Of a stretch of DNA of 64,000 bases, positions 1 through 9,675 are shown in pieces. Each line of letters opens with the position of its first letter. Positions within the stretch are counted from its first letter, which is position 1. The position numbers and the translations under genes are program-made. The notes below the pieces were generated by a model that was not told the DNA's origin, searched no databases, and was given only the letters and a program-made list of their open reading frames with translations. Origin of the DNA: an uncultured bacterium (GTDB lineage Bacteria > Bacillota_I > Bacilli_A > RF39 > UBA660); the NCBI GenBank assembly GCA_949293285.1, contig CASFCU010000017.1, forward strand, positions 2,432-66,431. Direction: 5' to 3'.

Positions 1-472
1 ATCTGATTGATTGCCGGTATCACTTTTCTTTCAAATAAACAAATATCAGCAAGTCTATCAGGATAAAAATTACTTACACCAATTGCTTTAATTTTACCTT
101 TTTCATATAACTCCTCTAGAGCATGATATGCCCCATAATAATCGGCAAATGGCTGATGTAACAACACTAAATCAAGATAATCAACTTGTAACTTTTTCAT
201 GGATTCTAAAACAGAATTCTTACACTTCTCATAGCCATAATTATCGATCCAAACTTTTGTTGTAATAAACAATTCCTCTCTTGGTACCCCTGACTTTTTA
301 ACAGCACGACCAACAGCATTCTCATTGAAATAACTCTGTGCAGTATCTATTAATCGATACCCAGCTGTAATAGCATCTAATACACATTTTTCACATTCAT
401 CATCAGGTATTTGATATACACCATATTCTATCATTGGCATTTTTTACCATTATTTAAAATCACATATTTCAT
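1..472 (-). CDS. Aldo/keto reductase family oxidoreductase; its 3' end lies outside the window. An apparent 1-nt frameshift in an A6 tract (440-445) separates the first 11 codons (MKYVILNNGKK) from the body (MPMIEYGVYQIPDDE...).
   Basis: The minus-strand translation from ATG 440 gives MPMIEYGVYQIPDDECEKCVLDAITAGYRLIDTAQSYFNE, an AKR N-terminal region. The upstream frame from ATG 472 gives MKYVILNNGKK, a canonical AKR start, with a GGTGA RBS. Adding one A would fuse the two. Confidence 0.6.
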
Positions 473-491
473 ATCATCACCATCTCTTCAC

Positions 492-1244
492 TTATAACGC
501 ACCTTGACCACCATCAACAGAGTAGATAGACCCACTGATATAACTTGCCTCTTCACTAGCTAAAAACATTGCAACATTTGCTACCTCTTCTGGTGTTCCA
601 AAACGACCAAAAGGAATGGTACTTGCAACGCTTTCTTCATGTTTTTTGGCATCTTCTAAAGAAAGATTCGTTACATTCCAAATATCAGTTCTAATAGCTC
701 CTGGCGCTATGGCATTCACTCTGACACCAAAACTTGCCAATTCTAATGCCCAAACTCTAGTAAAATTTTCCACTGCCGCTTTAGCACCAACATACATAGA
801 TAAATTAGGAGAACGATGCGTTGCACCTACACTAGATAAATTAATAATACTACCCTTTGATTGAATAATAAAAGGTAATGACTGAATTGTCATATCGACA
901 ACTGCTCTAACATCTAGATTAAAAGCCTTGTCATAATCTGTAATAGTCATCTCTTTTAAAGGTTGAACAGGACACCATCCGGCATTATTTACCAATATGT
1001 CAAATTGCTCATGAAACTTCTCTTTAATAAAATCTACTACTCGTTTAATATCTTCTGATTTTGTAATATCTCCCGTAACATAAAACATCTTATCATGATT
1101 TGACGCCAATTCTTTCAAAACAGTCTCACGTCTTCCCACAATAACGACATTGGCTCCCTCTTTTATAAACCTCTCTGCAATTGCTTTCCCAATTCCAGAA
1201 CCCCCACCAGTTACTACCGCAACTTTACCTTCTAATTTTCCCAT
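492..1244 (-). CDS. SDR family NAD(P)-dependent oxidoreductase (FabG-like short-chain dehydrogenase)
   Basis: N-terminal TGGGSGIGKAIA Rossmann motif; 250 aa; AAGGAGG RBS upstream of the ATG; divergent from the LysR gene. Confidence 0.85.
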   Translation of the reverse strand: MGKLEGKVAVVTGGGSGIGKAIAERFIKEGANVVIVGRRETVLKELASNHDKMFYVTGDITKSEDIKRVVDFIKEKFHEQFDILVNNAGWCPVQPLKEMTITDYDKAFNLDVRAVVDMTIQSLPFIIQSKGSIINLSSVGATHRSPNLSMYVGAKAAVENFTRVWALELASFGVRVNAIAPGAIRTDIWNVTNLSLEDAKKHEESVASTIPFGRFGTPEEVANVAMFLASEEASYISGSIYSVDGGQGAL

Positions 1245-1348
1245 TTTCTTCCTCCTTCTAAAAACATTATACTAACTTGCTCATTGACAAGGAATAATAA
1301 ATTAGTTACAATAGTATCAACTAAAAGTTTATATGAAAGGATGATATT

Positions 1349-2239
1349 TTGTATAAAGATGAACTAAAAACCTTTATTATTGTAGCAGAAACTAAAAGCT
1401 TTACAAAAGCAAGTGAAATCTTATTTATCTCTTCTACTGCTATTATGAAACAAATGAATAAATTAGAAAATGACTTAAACATGAAATTACTTGCTAGAAC
1501 AAATCATGGTATTAGTCTAACCAAAGAGGGAGAAAAAATTTATAAAGAAGCAAAATATATCATTGAATACTCTAACAAAATTATAAATTCTATACAAAAA
1601 GAACGAAAAAAAGAATATATCATCAATATTGGAACTTCTCTAACCTGTTCTTGTAAACCAATAATGATACTATGGAGCAAAAAAGCAAAAGACCACCCAG
1701 AATTCAAAACAAAAATTATTTCCTTCGATAAGAATCATACTCAAACTTTATTGACCTTAAAATCTGAAGAAACCAAACTAGATTTCATTGTATCAGCCTG
1801 TGACTCTAAAAATTGGTTAAAAAAGGTTAATTTTTATAAACTAGGAGAGACATCTTACTCAATTGCAGTCCCTATAAATCATAAACTTGCAAATAAAAAT
1901 CTAATTACGTTTCATGACTTAAACAAAGAATCAGTAATGACCATTACCGAAGGAGATAGTCCTATTAGTAACAAACTATATCAAGCCATAAAAGAAAATT
2001 GTCCCAACACTACAATCATTAATTGTCCATTTTTCTATGATATCGATGTGTTTAATACAGCCCATGAAAACGGATATTTACTAGTAATGCTAAATACTTG
2101 GAAAGATATTCATCCCGCTTTTAAAACAATTCCACTAGATTTTAAAGACAAAATTAGCTATGGAATCATCTATGCAAGAAAGCCAAATAACAAAGTAAAA
2201 GAATTTCTTAACATCATTACAGAAAAAAAAGGAAATTAA
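1349..2239 (+). CDS. LysR family transcriptional regulator
   Basis: N-terminal HTH (FIIVAETKSFTKASEILFISSTAIMKQMNKLE) and a C-terminal substrate-binding-like domain; divergently arranged to the SDR gene, as is typical for LysR regulators. Confidence 0.8.
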   Translation: MYKDELKTFIIVAETKSFTKASEILFISSTAIMKQMNKLENDLNMKLLARTNHGISLTKEGEKIYKEAKYIIEYSNKIINSIQKERKKEYIINIGTSLTCSCKPIMILWSKKAKDHPEFKTKIISFDKNHTQTLLTLKSEETKLDFIVSACDSKNWLKKVNFYKLGETSYSIAVPINHKLANKNLITFHDLNKESVMTITEGDSPISNKLYQAIKENCPNTTIINCPFFYDIDVFNTAHENGYLLVMLNTWKDIHPAFKTIPLDFKDKISYGIIYARKPNNKVKEFLNIITEKKGN

Positions 2240-2270
2240 TATTTCTTTTTTTCACGTACTATAAATAAAC

Positions 2271-2297
2271 TAAAAAAAGTGCATAACTATATGCACT
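2271..2297 (-). terminator. Rho-independent terminator (hairpin AGTGCATA-actat-TATGCACT, A/T run) between the convergent lysR and aldehyde dehydrogenase genes
   Basis: A perfect 8-bp inverted repeat at 2278-2297, followed on the minus strand by a T7 run (forward A-run 2272-2278). Confidence 0.55.
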
Positions 2298-2317
2298 AAA
2301 TAATATCAAAATTTTAA

Positions 2318-3757
2318 TTACTTCAAAACATTCTTTAAAATGATAGTTTTCGTACGTGACATTTCTTTTAAAGTAGACATTACGCCTTCATTTCCGATAC
2401 CACTATATTTCCATCCACCAAAAGGCATCTCAAAAGAACGGAAGAAAGAAGCACCATTAATTACTACTCCTCCACACTCTAATCTCATAGCAATTTTCAT
2501 AGCATTATTCATATCTTTTGAAATAATACAACCACATAATCCAAAAGAAGACTGATTTGCTATAGCAATAGCCTCATTAATATCATTAAATTCAATAATA
2601 GAAACTACTGGTCCAAAAATTTCCATATCTTTGGCAACTGGCATATCACGAGTAACACCAGTCAAAATAGTAGGAGTATAAAAAGCACCATTTCTTATTC
2701 CACCAAGCTCAATCTTAGCACCTAAACGAACCATATCGTTTACTTGATTTTCAACATTGATAGCAGCCGCTTCACTAATCAAACAACCAAGTTGAACAGT
2801 AGGATCACTTGGCATTCCTAACTTTATTTTAGAAATTCTCTCTTTTAATTTTGCAACATATTGATCGAATACTGCACTGTGAATCAAAAATCTTTTACTA
2901 GCACAGCAAACTTGTCCAGTATTATAAAATCTACCCCAAATTGTCTCTTCCACAGCCAAATCAATATCACCATCTTGATCTAAAATAAAAGCATCATTTC
3001 CACCAAGTTCTAACATCACATGAGTCAAGTTATTACTACAAGTTTTCATAGTCTCTACTCCAGAAGAAGTAGCACCAGTTAAACTTACCAAACTAACGGA
3101 AGGATTAGCAGCTAAAGCCTGGGCAGCAAGCCCTCCTGTACCATTTATAACATTGATAACACCAGCTGGAACTCCCGCTTGTAAAAGAAGTTCTACATAA
3201 CGAATAAGAGTCAATGGATTATGTGGAGATGGTTTCAAAATAACCGAATTTCCCATTAACAAAGCACTTGGTACTTTTTGACAAAACAAATCACTAGGAA
3301 AATTAAATGGAATAATAGCAACTACTACTCCTAAAGGAGCTTGCACTGTATATTGTATTGTATTTTCATTTCCCTTTTCTTGTCCATTAGGAATTAAATT
3401 ACCATATTCATGTTTTGCCATTTCACAAAAAGCTGGAACTCCCACACTAACATTTGCCACTTCAGCAATAGCTTCAGTAATTGGTTTCCCTGTCTCACAA
3501 GAAAGTAAATTTGCTAACTCTTCTTTATTTTCCTCAACTAAATGAACAAATTTCATTAAAATACTAGCTCTCTCATAAAGAGGCTTTGCTTCCCAATCTT
3601 TTTGAGCTTTTAAAGCAGCCGATACAGCAAGATCACAGTCTTCCTTCGTACTCTCAGGTACAGTATCTATAAGCTCTGCCGTTGCTGGATTAATAATTCT
3701 AATAACTTCACCACTAGAAGAATCTAGCCATTGATTTCCAATTAAGTTTTTTGCCAT
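2318..3757 (-). CDS. NAD-dependent aldehyde dehydrogenase family protein
   Basis: 479 aa; ELGGNDAFIL and catalytic Cys context GQVCCASKRF; the glycine-rich NAD-binding region. Confidence 0.9.
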   Translation of the reverse strand: MAKNLIGNQWLDSSSGEVIRIINPATAELIDTVPESTKEDCDLAVSAALKAQKDWEAKPLYERASILMKFVHLVEENKEELANLLSCETGKPITEAIAEVANVSVGVPAFCEMAKHEYGNLIPNGQEKGNENTIQYTVQAPLGVVVAIIPFNFPSDLFCQKVPSALLMGNSVILKPSPHNPLTLIRYVELLLQAGVPAGVINVINGTGGLAAQALAANPSVSLVSLTGATSSGVETMKTCSNNLTHVMLELGGNDAFILDQDGDIDLAVEETIWGRFYNTGQVCCASKRFLIHSAVFDQYVAKLKERISKIKLGMPSDPTVQLGCLISEAAAINVENQVNDMVRLGAKIELGGIRNGAFYTPTILTGVTRDMPVAKDMEIFGPVVSIIEFNDINEAIAIANQSSFGLCGCIISKDMNNAMKIAMRLECGGVVINGASFFRSFEMPFGGWKYSGIGNEGVMSTLKEMSRTKTIILKNVLK

Positions 3758-3759
3758 AA

Positions 3760-4929
3760 TTACTCACCAAACCCTGTAAATGATAAAGAAAGTCCACCGA
3801 CAGTATTAGCACTATGTTCATTTGAACCATACTCACCAAAAGTAAATACCATTAAAAATTCCTTACCACCAGTTTCCTTAATAACTTCAGGATATATTCT
3901 TGACTCCTCATTAGCAAGTTGTAACCCTAATCTTCTTCCACCACAATGTACTAAAAAATAAGATTGAACTTCTCCCTCTATTTTCTCATTCAACATACGA
4001 ATCACATCTGGATTTGCTTGAATAACAGATTCTGGACTTCCCTCCAATTGAATAACAGCAGTATTTAAAGCTAAATTAGCTCCAATATTCATAGACAAAT
4101 CGTCGTTTGCAAACATAGGATGTCGAACAGCTACCACATTACCAATTGGATCTTTAACTCCCAATGGTGCAAAAATAGTTTCAGCAAGCAACTGAGAACC
4201 CATAAGACTATCAATACTCTTACCTGTCCATTCAGAATATTTCTTAACAGCTGGAACTCCATCAATTTCTGCTAACGTTCTAACACCAGAAAGTTTAGTA
4301 ATAATACCAACATGATTAGTTTCTTTATAGCCACCAGCATAAATATTTTTCATCTCATTGTCCGCAAAGAAGATAGCAATTGCACAACCATCACAGAAAA
4401 CTTTGTCTTTACAAATAATACTCCATTTTCCTTCTACTGTGTTATCAGCAGCACTTCCACCAAATACTGGAATATTACCAATAACATCCTGAACACCCTT
4501 CATATATTCTTCTTCTTCAGCGGGACTTGCTGTCATAAAAAAGTAATCTGGCTCTTTATCTTGGCCTTTTACTTGACTCATTGCTTCTTTAGCTATTCTT
4601 CTTCCAATCTCTCTTGCTGACTCACTAGAAGTTTTTTCACTACCTGCAACAACTACTTCTAAATCACCAGAAAAAGTCATCATTCCCGAATAACCAGTTT
4701 CCTTATTCAAATAACCATCCTGCGTACAAATAGCAGCACTAGAAGTACATCCAATAACAGGAGCACTCATAACACTACTAACACCTCTTAAAAGTTCACT
4801 TTGATTAAGAACAACAGAAGTAAATAATAATCCAACCTTTGCTCCTCCACCATTTGCCATACGTGCAGTTTCAACACCAGAATCAAAAGAACTAGCATTT
4901 TCACTATAACCAACTTTAGTCTTTACCAT
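3760..4929 (-). CDS. FIST domain-containing protein (FIST-N and FIST-C sensor-like domains)
   Basis: 389 aa with a FIST-like architecture and composition; a 2-nt gap to the downstream aldehyde dehydrogenase gene suggests an operon. Confidence 0.5.
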   Translation of the reverse strand: MVKTKVGYSENASSFDSGVETARMANGGGAKVGLLFTSVVLNQSELLRGVSSVMSAPVIGCTSSAAICTQDGYLNKETGYSGMMTFSGDLEVVVAGSEKTSSESAREIGRRIAKEAMSQVKGQDKEPDYFFMTASPAEEEEYMKGVQDVIGNIPVFGGSAADNTVEGKWSIICKDKVFCDGCAIAIFFADNEMKNIYAGGYKETNHVGIITKLSGVRTLAEIDGVPAVKKYSEWTGKSIDSLMGSQLLAETIFAPLGVKDPIGNVVAVRHPMFANDDLSMNIGANLALNTAVIQLEGSPESVIQANPDVIRMLNEKIEGEVQSYFLVHCGGRRLGLQLANEESRIYPEVIKETGGKEFLMVFTFGEYGSNEHSANTVGGLSLSFTGFGE

Positions 4930-5055
4930 AAAACAAAAACTTCATTTTATTACATCTTAAATTAATGTAATAAATCTACTCCTCCTTATTTTAACTATAA
5001 AGCAAAAATAAAAGACAGTCAACAACAGTCAACAGAACATTTAGCATCTTTACGT

Positions 5056-5080
5056 AAAAAAAGCAAACTAAATGTTTGCT
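5056..5080 (-). terminator. Rho-independent terminator downstream of the ftsEX-M23 peptidase operon
   Basis: AGCAAAC-taaat-GTTTGCT hairpin at 5063-5080, followed on the minus strand by a T7 run. Confidence 0.55.
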
Positions 5081-5084
5081 AATA

Positions 5085-6290
5085 TTATCTAGAATTCCAA
5101 GAATTATAAGTACCTGTAGGGAAATAAATCAAACCACGTGGTCCTTTATAACCATTCTTTAATAACTGTGTCCCATACGCAATAAAACTATTCAAATCAT
5201 AACAATTTGGATCATCAAAATTGTTTAATCGACACGGAAAAATTTCCAAATGCAAATGCACTCCAAAGGAATAACCAGTATCACCCATATATCCTAAGTA
5301 TTGATCACTAGTAACATAATCACCGATACTTATCCCAGGTGCATAAGAACTCAAATGGGCATAAAGAGAAGTATACCAAGTATCATTAGTAGCAACATAA
5401 TGCTCCAGTGCAATAACAAGAGCACCATAACGATCAATATATTTAGCTACAACTTTACCATCTGCAACAGGATAAATTCTCTCATTCTCTCGGTTATAAC
5501 TTCCTACATCAACAGCTCTATGCGTATAACTACTACTATAATAAGCCTCCTGAGTAATATACCCAGTTCTAGTAGGTCTTCTAAAAACAGAAACACTTCC
5601 AGCAACTGCACAATCTACTCCTATAACATCATTACTTTCACAACCCAAATCTTTATAACTCTTAACCAATTTTTCATAAGTTGCAATCTGCTCGGAAGTA
5701 GTTACTCCAAAATTATTAAGACTTTCTTTCTTTTCACCTAATTGTTGAACTTTATTAGATAATTCACTTTCCTTTTTATTAATCTCTATTTTTCTTTTTT
5801 CAATTTCTTTTTCTCTATCCTCATTATCTTTAATAATTTGTTCCATTTCATCAATCGTTCGATTATTATAATCAATAAGTTCCTTTACAACTGCTGTTCT
5901 ATAAATTAAATCAGAAGTAGAATCTGCCTTAAACACATATTCTAAATATACATTTTCTCCACTAGATAACTGCATATACTCGATTATCTGTTTTGATTGC
6001 ATTAATTTATCTTTAATTTTACCATTATAATCTTCAATCTCACGATTAAGTTCTTTTACCTCTTCAATAAGTGCAACCATCTCACTTTGTAAATTAGCAA
6101 TTTGTTTATTAGCGGCCGTAATCTCAGATTGTGTTAAATTTAAAGCATCTTGATTTTCTTGTGCTTGACGCTTATAATCAGCTAATTTCTGCTCATATTC
6201 ACCTAAAGTAATAGCCATTCCTTCGATTGGGGTATAAATTTGAACTACTATCACTAAAAGTACTAAAAAAGAAACAATCTTTCTCATCAT
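5085..6290 (-). CDS. Coiled-coil M23 family peptidoglycan endopeptidase (FtsEX-associated, EnvC/PcsB-like)
   Basis: 401 aa: signal/TM, a long coiled coil (residues ~30-200, rich in E/K/Q heptads), and a C-terminal M23 domain with HLHLEIF (HxH); overlaps the ftsX stop by 4 nt. Confidence 0.85.
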   Translation of the reverse strand: MMRKIVSFLVLLVIVVQIYTPIEGMAITLGEYEQKLADYKRQAQENQDALNLTQSEITAANKQIANLQSEMVALIEEVKELNREIEDYNGKIKDKLMQSKQIIEYMQLSSGENVYLEYVFKADSTSDLIYRTAVVKELIDYNNRTIDEMEQIIKDNEDREKEIEKRKIEINKKESELSNKVQQLGEKKESLNNFGVTTSEQIATYEKLVKSYKDLGCESNDVIGVDCAVAGSVSVFRRPTRTGYITQEAYYSSSYTHRAVDVGSYNRENERIYPVADGKVVAKYIDRYGALVIALEHYVATNDTWYTSLYAHLSSYAPGISIGDYVTSDQYLGYMGDTGYSFGVHLHLEIFPCRLNNFDDPNCYDLNSFIAYGTQLLKNGYKGPRGLIYFPTGTYNSWNSR

Positions 6291-7192
6291 ATCTTTAAAT
6301 ACTTCCTTACCGCTCTTCCACTACCAATCATACCGACAATTACCCCAATAACGATCACTACTAATGAAACAAAATATACAAAAGGTTGTGGGCTAAGCAA
6401 TTGAATAAAAGAAGAAAACAAATGTCCATCATCCAGAGTATTATAAAATGCAGTATAACCATATATAGTAACTATCACAGGAAGAATAGATCCAAGAAGT
6501 CCAATAATAAACCCTTCAATGATAAATGGATTTTTAATAGTCCAGTTACTAGCACCAACTACACGCATAATCGATATCTCTCTTCTTCTTGAAAAAATAG
6601 TCAATTTAATAGTATTAACAATTAAAAATACTGTAACAATAATCAATATAATAACAACAACAAATGCAACCTTTTCTACTAAATCGAAAGTAGAAACCAT
6701 TTGTTCAACCATTCCCTCACCATAATTTACAACCTGAACTACCGGAAGATTTTCAATCTCTGTTGCAGTTTCATTAATCCTATTAATATCCTCTACCTTA
6801 ATCATATAACTATAATGAAAAATTTCTTCCTCATTATCGATTAAAGACCCGACAGAATTCCAAAATTCATCCTCTTCCAAAAGCATTTCTTTTCTTTCTT
6901 CAGGATTTTTTACCTCCCAATCAGGAAGAACATTCTCCATAGAAGAAAGTGTTGCTTCAAAATCTGAAATTTCTTCACTAGTAACACCTAAGTTCAAAAA
7001 AACAACCATTGTCACATCACTTTCAATCTCTTTAGAAAAATTCTTTACATTAAATGACATAACTAGTGCAATAGCAACAATCAAAAGTGTAATACTAATA
7101 CATGAAATAGAAGCTATAGACAAAGAAAAATTTCTATAAACACTCTTAAAAGCATCACGTATTCCACACTTAATCATTCTAAATAGCTTCAT
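6287..7192 (-). CDS. ftsX: Cell division ABC transporter permease FtsX
   Basis: FtsX-family topology and motifs; the true start is MKLFRMIKCG (ATG 7192), preceded by an AGGAAGGGAAG RBS. The ORF-track extension MRKGSTI is unlikely. Confidence 0.85.
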   Translation of the reverse strand: MKLFRMIKCGIRDAFKSVYRNFSLSIASISCISITLLIVAIALVMSFNVKNFSKEIESDVTMVVFLNLGVTSEEISDFEATLSSMENVLPDWEVKNPEERKEMLLEEDEFWNSVGSLIDNEEEIFHYSYMIKVEDINRINETATEIENLPVVQVVNYGEGMVEQMVSTFDLVEKVAFVVVIILIIVTVFLIVNTIKLTIFSRRREISIMRVVGASNWTIKNPFIIEGFIIGLLGSILPVIVTIYGYTAFYNTLDDGHLFSSFIQLLSPQPFVYFVSLVVIVIGVIVGMIGSGRAVRKYLKI

Positions 7193-7889
7193 TATCGTAC
7201 TTCCCTTCCTCATAATCTTCCATAACTCTACCAGCTTTAAGAGCCACTACTCTCTTTTTAAACTTATTGACAATATCTCTATCATGTGTTGCCATAATAA
7301 CAGTAGTCCCCATAGTTTTATTAATATCATCCAAAACATTCACGATTTCTTCACTCATCAAAGGATCTAAATTACCAGTCGGCTCATCACAAATCAAAAG
7401 CTTTGGATTATTTACAATTGCTCTTGCAATAGCAACACGTTGCTGTTCTCCACCAGAAAGCTCATCGGGATAATTTCTAGCTTTTCCCTTAAGACCAACT
7501 AATTCTAAAGCCTTTAAAGTTTTTATTCTAATATCACTACTCTTTTCTCCAATTGCTTCAAGTGCAAAAGCAACATTTTCATAAACTGTAAGTTTTGGTA
7601 ATAATCTATAATCTTGAAACACAATTCCTAATCTTCTTCTAAGCTTATAAACCTTACTATTTCTTAGCTTAGCAACATTCTTACCACCAATAATAATTTC
7701 TCCCATCGTTGGTCTTTCTTCTCTATAAAGCATCTTTATAAGCGTAGACTTACCACTACCAGAACCTCCAATAATAAAAACAAATTCCCCTTTCTTTATT
7801 TTTAAATCTAAATCATAAATAGCTGTAACACCATTTTTATACTTTTTATGAACACCCTTTAAAGTAATTAATTCCACTAACTTTTTCAC
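7179..7889 (-). CDS. ftsE: Cell division ATP-binding protein FtsE
   Basis: Walker A GGSGSGKST, ABC signature LSGGEQQRV, Walker B LLICDEPTGNLD; 236 aa immediately upstream of ftsX. Confidence 0.9.
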   Translation of the reverse strand: MKKLVELITLKGVHKKYKNGVTAIYDLDLKIKKGEFVFIIGGSGSGKSTLIKMLYREERPTMGEIIIGGKNVAKLRNSKVYKLRRRLGIVFQDYRLLPKLTVYENVAFALEAIGEKSSDIRIKTLKALELVGLKGKARNYPDELSGGEQQRVAIARAIVNNPKLLICDEPTGNLDPLMSEEIVNVLDDINKTMGTTVIMATHDRDIVNKFKKRVVALKAGRVMEDYEEGKYDNEAI

Positions 7890-7934
7890 CTCTTATCCTA
7901 TAAAATATATTATAACATATTAAGACATATTTTG

Positions 7935-8810
7935 CTAACTATTATGTCCTCCCATCACTTCATAAGAATCCGTAACAATAAAAAAGGCATTATGATCAAT
8001 CATCTTAATTTTCTTAGTAACTTTATAATATAAATCATTTGGTACCGCTACCATCAAAATCGATCTATCATCATCATTTTTACCACTTTTTACATCAAAA
8101 ACAGTAGCACCACTTCTCAAATCTTTTAAAATATAATCCTTAATATCTTTTTCTCTATCTGTAATAATATAAAATGACTTATGAGAAGAAATACCCAACA
8201 TAACTTTATCAATAACATGACTACTTACATAAAGTAAAATAATAGCACAAAGTACACTAGTTATTCCGAAACAGTATCCTCCCACCAAAACAATAATAAA
8301 ATTAATAATAAAATTTGATTTACTGATAGATATTCTAAATTTTTCATACAAAATTTGATTAATCAAAGTAATACCACCTTGACTTAAATCTACTTTACAA
8401 GTAAGTCCAGCCACCCATCCGGTGATTGCCCCCGCAAAAATAGAAGCAATAATAATATCGTTAGAACTAACATGTACATAAGAATTAATTCCTTCCGTCA
8501 AATCGACAAATAATGGATAAACAAAAGTAGCAACAAGTGCACTAGATGCTTTTTTTACACCAACAGTAAGATAGCCTAATATTAAAATAGCAATAGAAAA
8601 ATACAGAATAAAAGTAGATGGACTAATAGAGAAAAGCTTCTCAACAATAATAGACAAACCGTTAGTTCCCCCAGCTACTATTTTCAAAGGTCTTAAAAAT
8701 AAATTATAATTAATAGAAGAAACAAACATAGTAACAATAAGAACAGAATACTTATAACCCCATTTTTCTTTCTTCATTTTTTTCCATATTTTTTTTAATT
8801 TATCATTCAC
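7935..8810 (-). CDS. YitT family membrane protein (DUF161 + DUF2179)
   Basis: Paralog of the adjacent gene with the same multi-TM topology plus a C-terminal DUF2179-like region; probable GTG start at 8810 (GAGGTG RBS). The ORF-track start at 8831 lacks an RBS. Confidence 0.7.
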   Translation of the reverse strand: MNDKLKKIWKKMKKEKWGYKYSVLIVTMFVSSINYNLFLRPLKIVAGGTNGLSIIVEKLFSISPSTFILYFSIAILILGYLTVGVKKASSALVATFVYPLFVDLTEGINSYVHVSSNDIIIASIFAGAITGWVAGLTCKVDLSQGGITLINQILYEKFRISISKSNFIINFIIVLVGGYCFGITSVLCAIILLYVSSHVIDKVMLGISSHKSFYIITDREKDIKDYILKDLRSGATVFDVKSGKNDDDRSILMVAVPNDLYYKVTKKIKMIDHNAFFIVTDSYEVMGGHNS

Positions 8811-9675
8811 CGCCAAACACCTCATATGCATCAGTTACAACGAAAAAAGCATCTTTATCAATTTTATGAATTCCTTCTTTTAACTTAAAATATTCACGAG
8901 TAGGAACAACACAAAACAAAACTTTTTGATTTTCTTTTGAAAAACCACCAACTGCATTAAAAATTGTAATTCCATGCCCTAAATTAACTAAGACAAAATT
9001 TCTCACTTCACTTACTCTATCAGTAACAATATAAAACGCCTTAGACTTACTAATTCCAAGAAGTACTTTATCTGTTAATACACTCATAATGTAAAGAACT
9101 ACTACGGCATACATAAACTTGGTAATTCCAAAAATAAAAATACTAATTCCAACAATAAGGCCATCAGATATAAACATACATTTACCTAAACTAATTTTAA
9201 AATATTTATGAAGAATTTGATTAATAATATCTGTTCCTCCAGTCGTAAAACCAGCCTTATAAACCAAGCCTAAACCGAAACCAGAAAGTACTCCACCAAA
9301 AATAGCCGATAAAAAAATATCTGTACTCTCAAAAGAAAAATAAACAGTTAGAATCTCCGTAATCTTCAAAAAAAGCGGTAAAAGAAGAGAACCTAAAACA
9401 GAACCGACAGTTTTCTCTTTTCCAAGAAAAAGCAAACTAACAAACAAAAGGGCAACGGAAACACAAAGTACGAACATGGAAGGATCAATTCCGAACAAAT
9501 AATTAAAAATAATAGATAACCCACTCACACCACCAAATACAAGACTATTAGGTAACAAGAAAAAATTAAATGATATAGAAAACAAGGAAATTCCTAATAT
9601 AAATTCTAATATTCTAATAATATTATATTTTTCAAGAAATCTTTTTATCTTCTTCCTACGAGTTTTATCCTTCAT
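8803..9675 (-). CDS. YitT family membrane protein (DUF161 + DUF2179); positional equivalent of B. subtilis yvjA next to prfB
   Basis: GGVSGLSIIFNYLFGIDPSMF motif; 290 aa; overlaps the prfB stop by 11 nt. Confidence 0.75.
   Translation of the reverse strand: MKDKTRRKKIKRFLEKYNIIRILEFILGISLFSISFNFFLLPNSLVFGGVSGLSIIFNYLFGIDPSMFVLCVSVALLFVSLLFLGKEKTVGSVLGSLLLPLFLKITEILTVYFSFESTDIFLSAIFGGVLSGFGLGLVYKAGFTTGGTDIINQILHKYFKISLGKCMFISDGLIVGISIFIFGITKFMYAVVVLYIMSVLTDKVLLGISKSKAFYIVTDRVSEVRNFVLVNLGHGITIFNAVGGFSKENQKVLFCVVPTREYFKLKEGIHKIDKDAFFVVTDAYEVFGGE

Noticed and set aside
5301-5741. 146-aa plus-strand ORF antisense to the M23 peptidase gene, and similar antisense ORFs (19636..20094, 25054..25461, 26130..26477, 21800..22150, 4312..4620)
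   Set aside because: These are low-complexity I/N/S/T-rich translations of the A/T-rich antisense strand of well-supported genes. They have no RBS or start context and are typical spurious ORFs in low-GC genomes.
8811-8831. Upstream extension (MHMRCLA) of the second YitT gene
   Set aside because: It has no RBS. A GTG at 8810 preceded by GAGGTG gives a better start and removes the 29-nt overlap with the upstream paralog.
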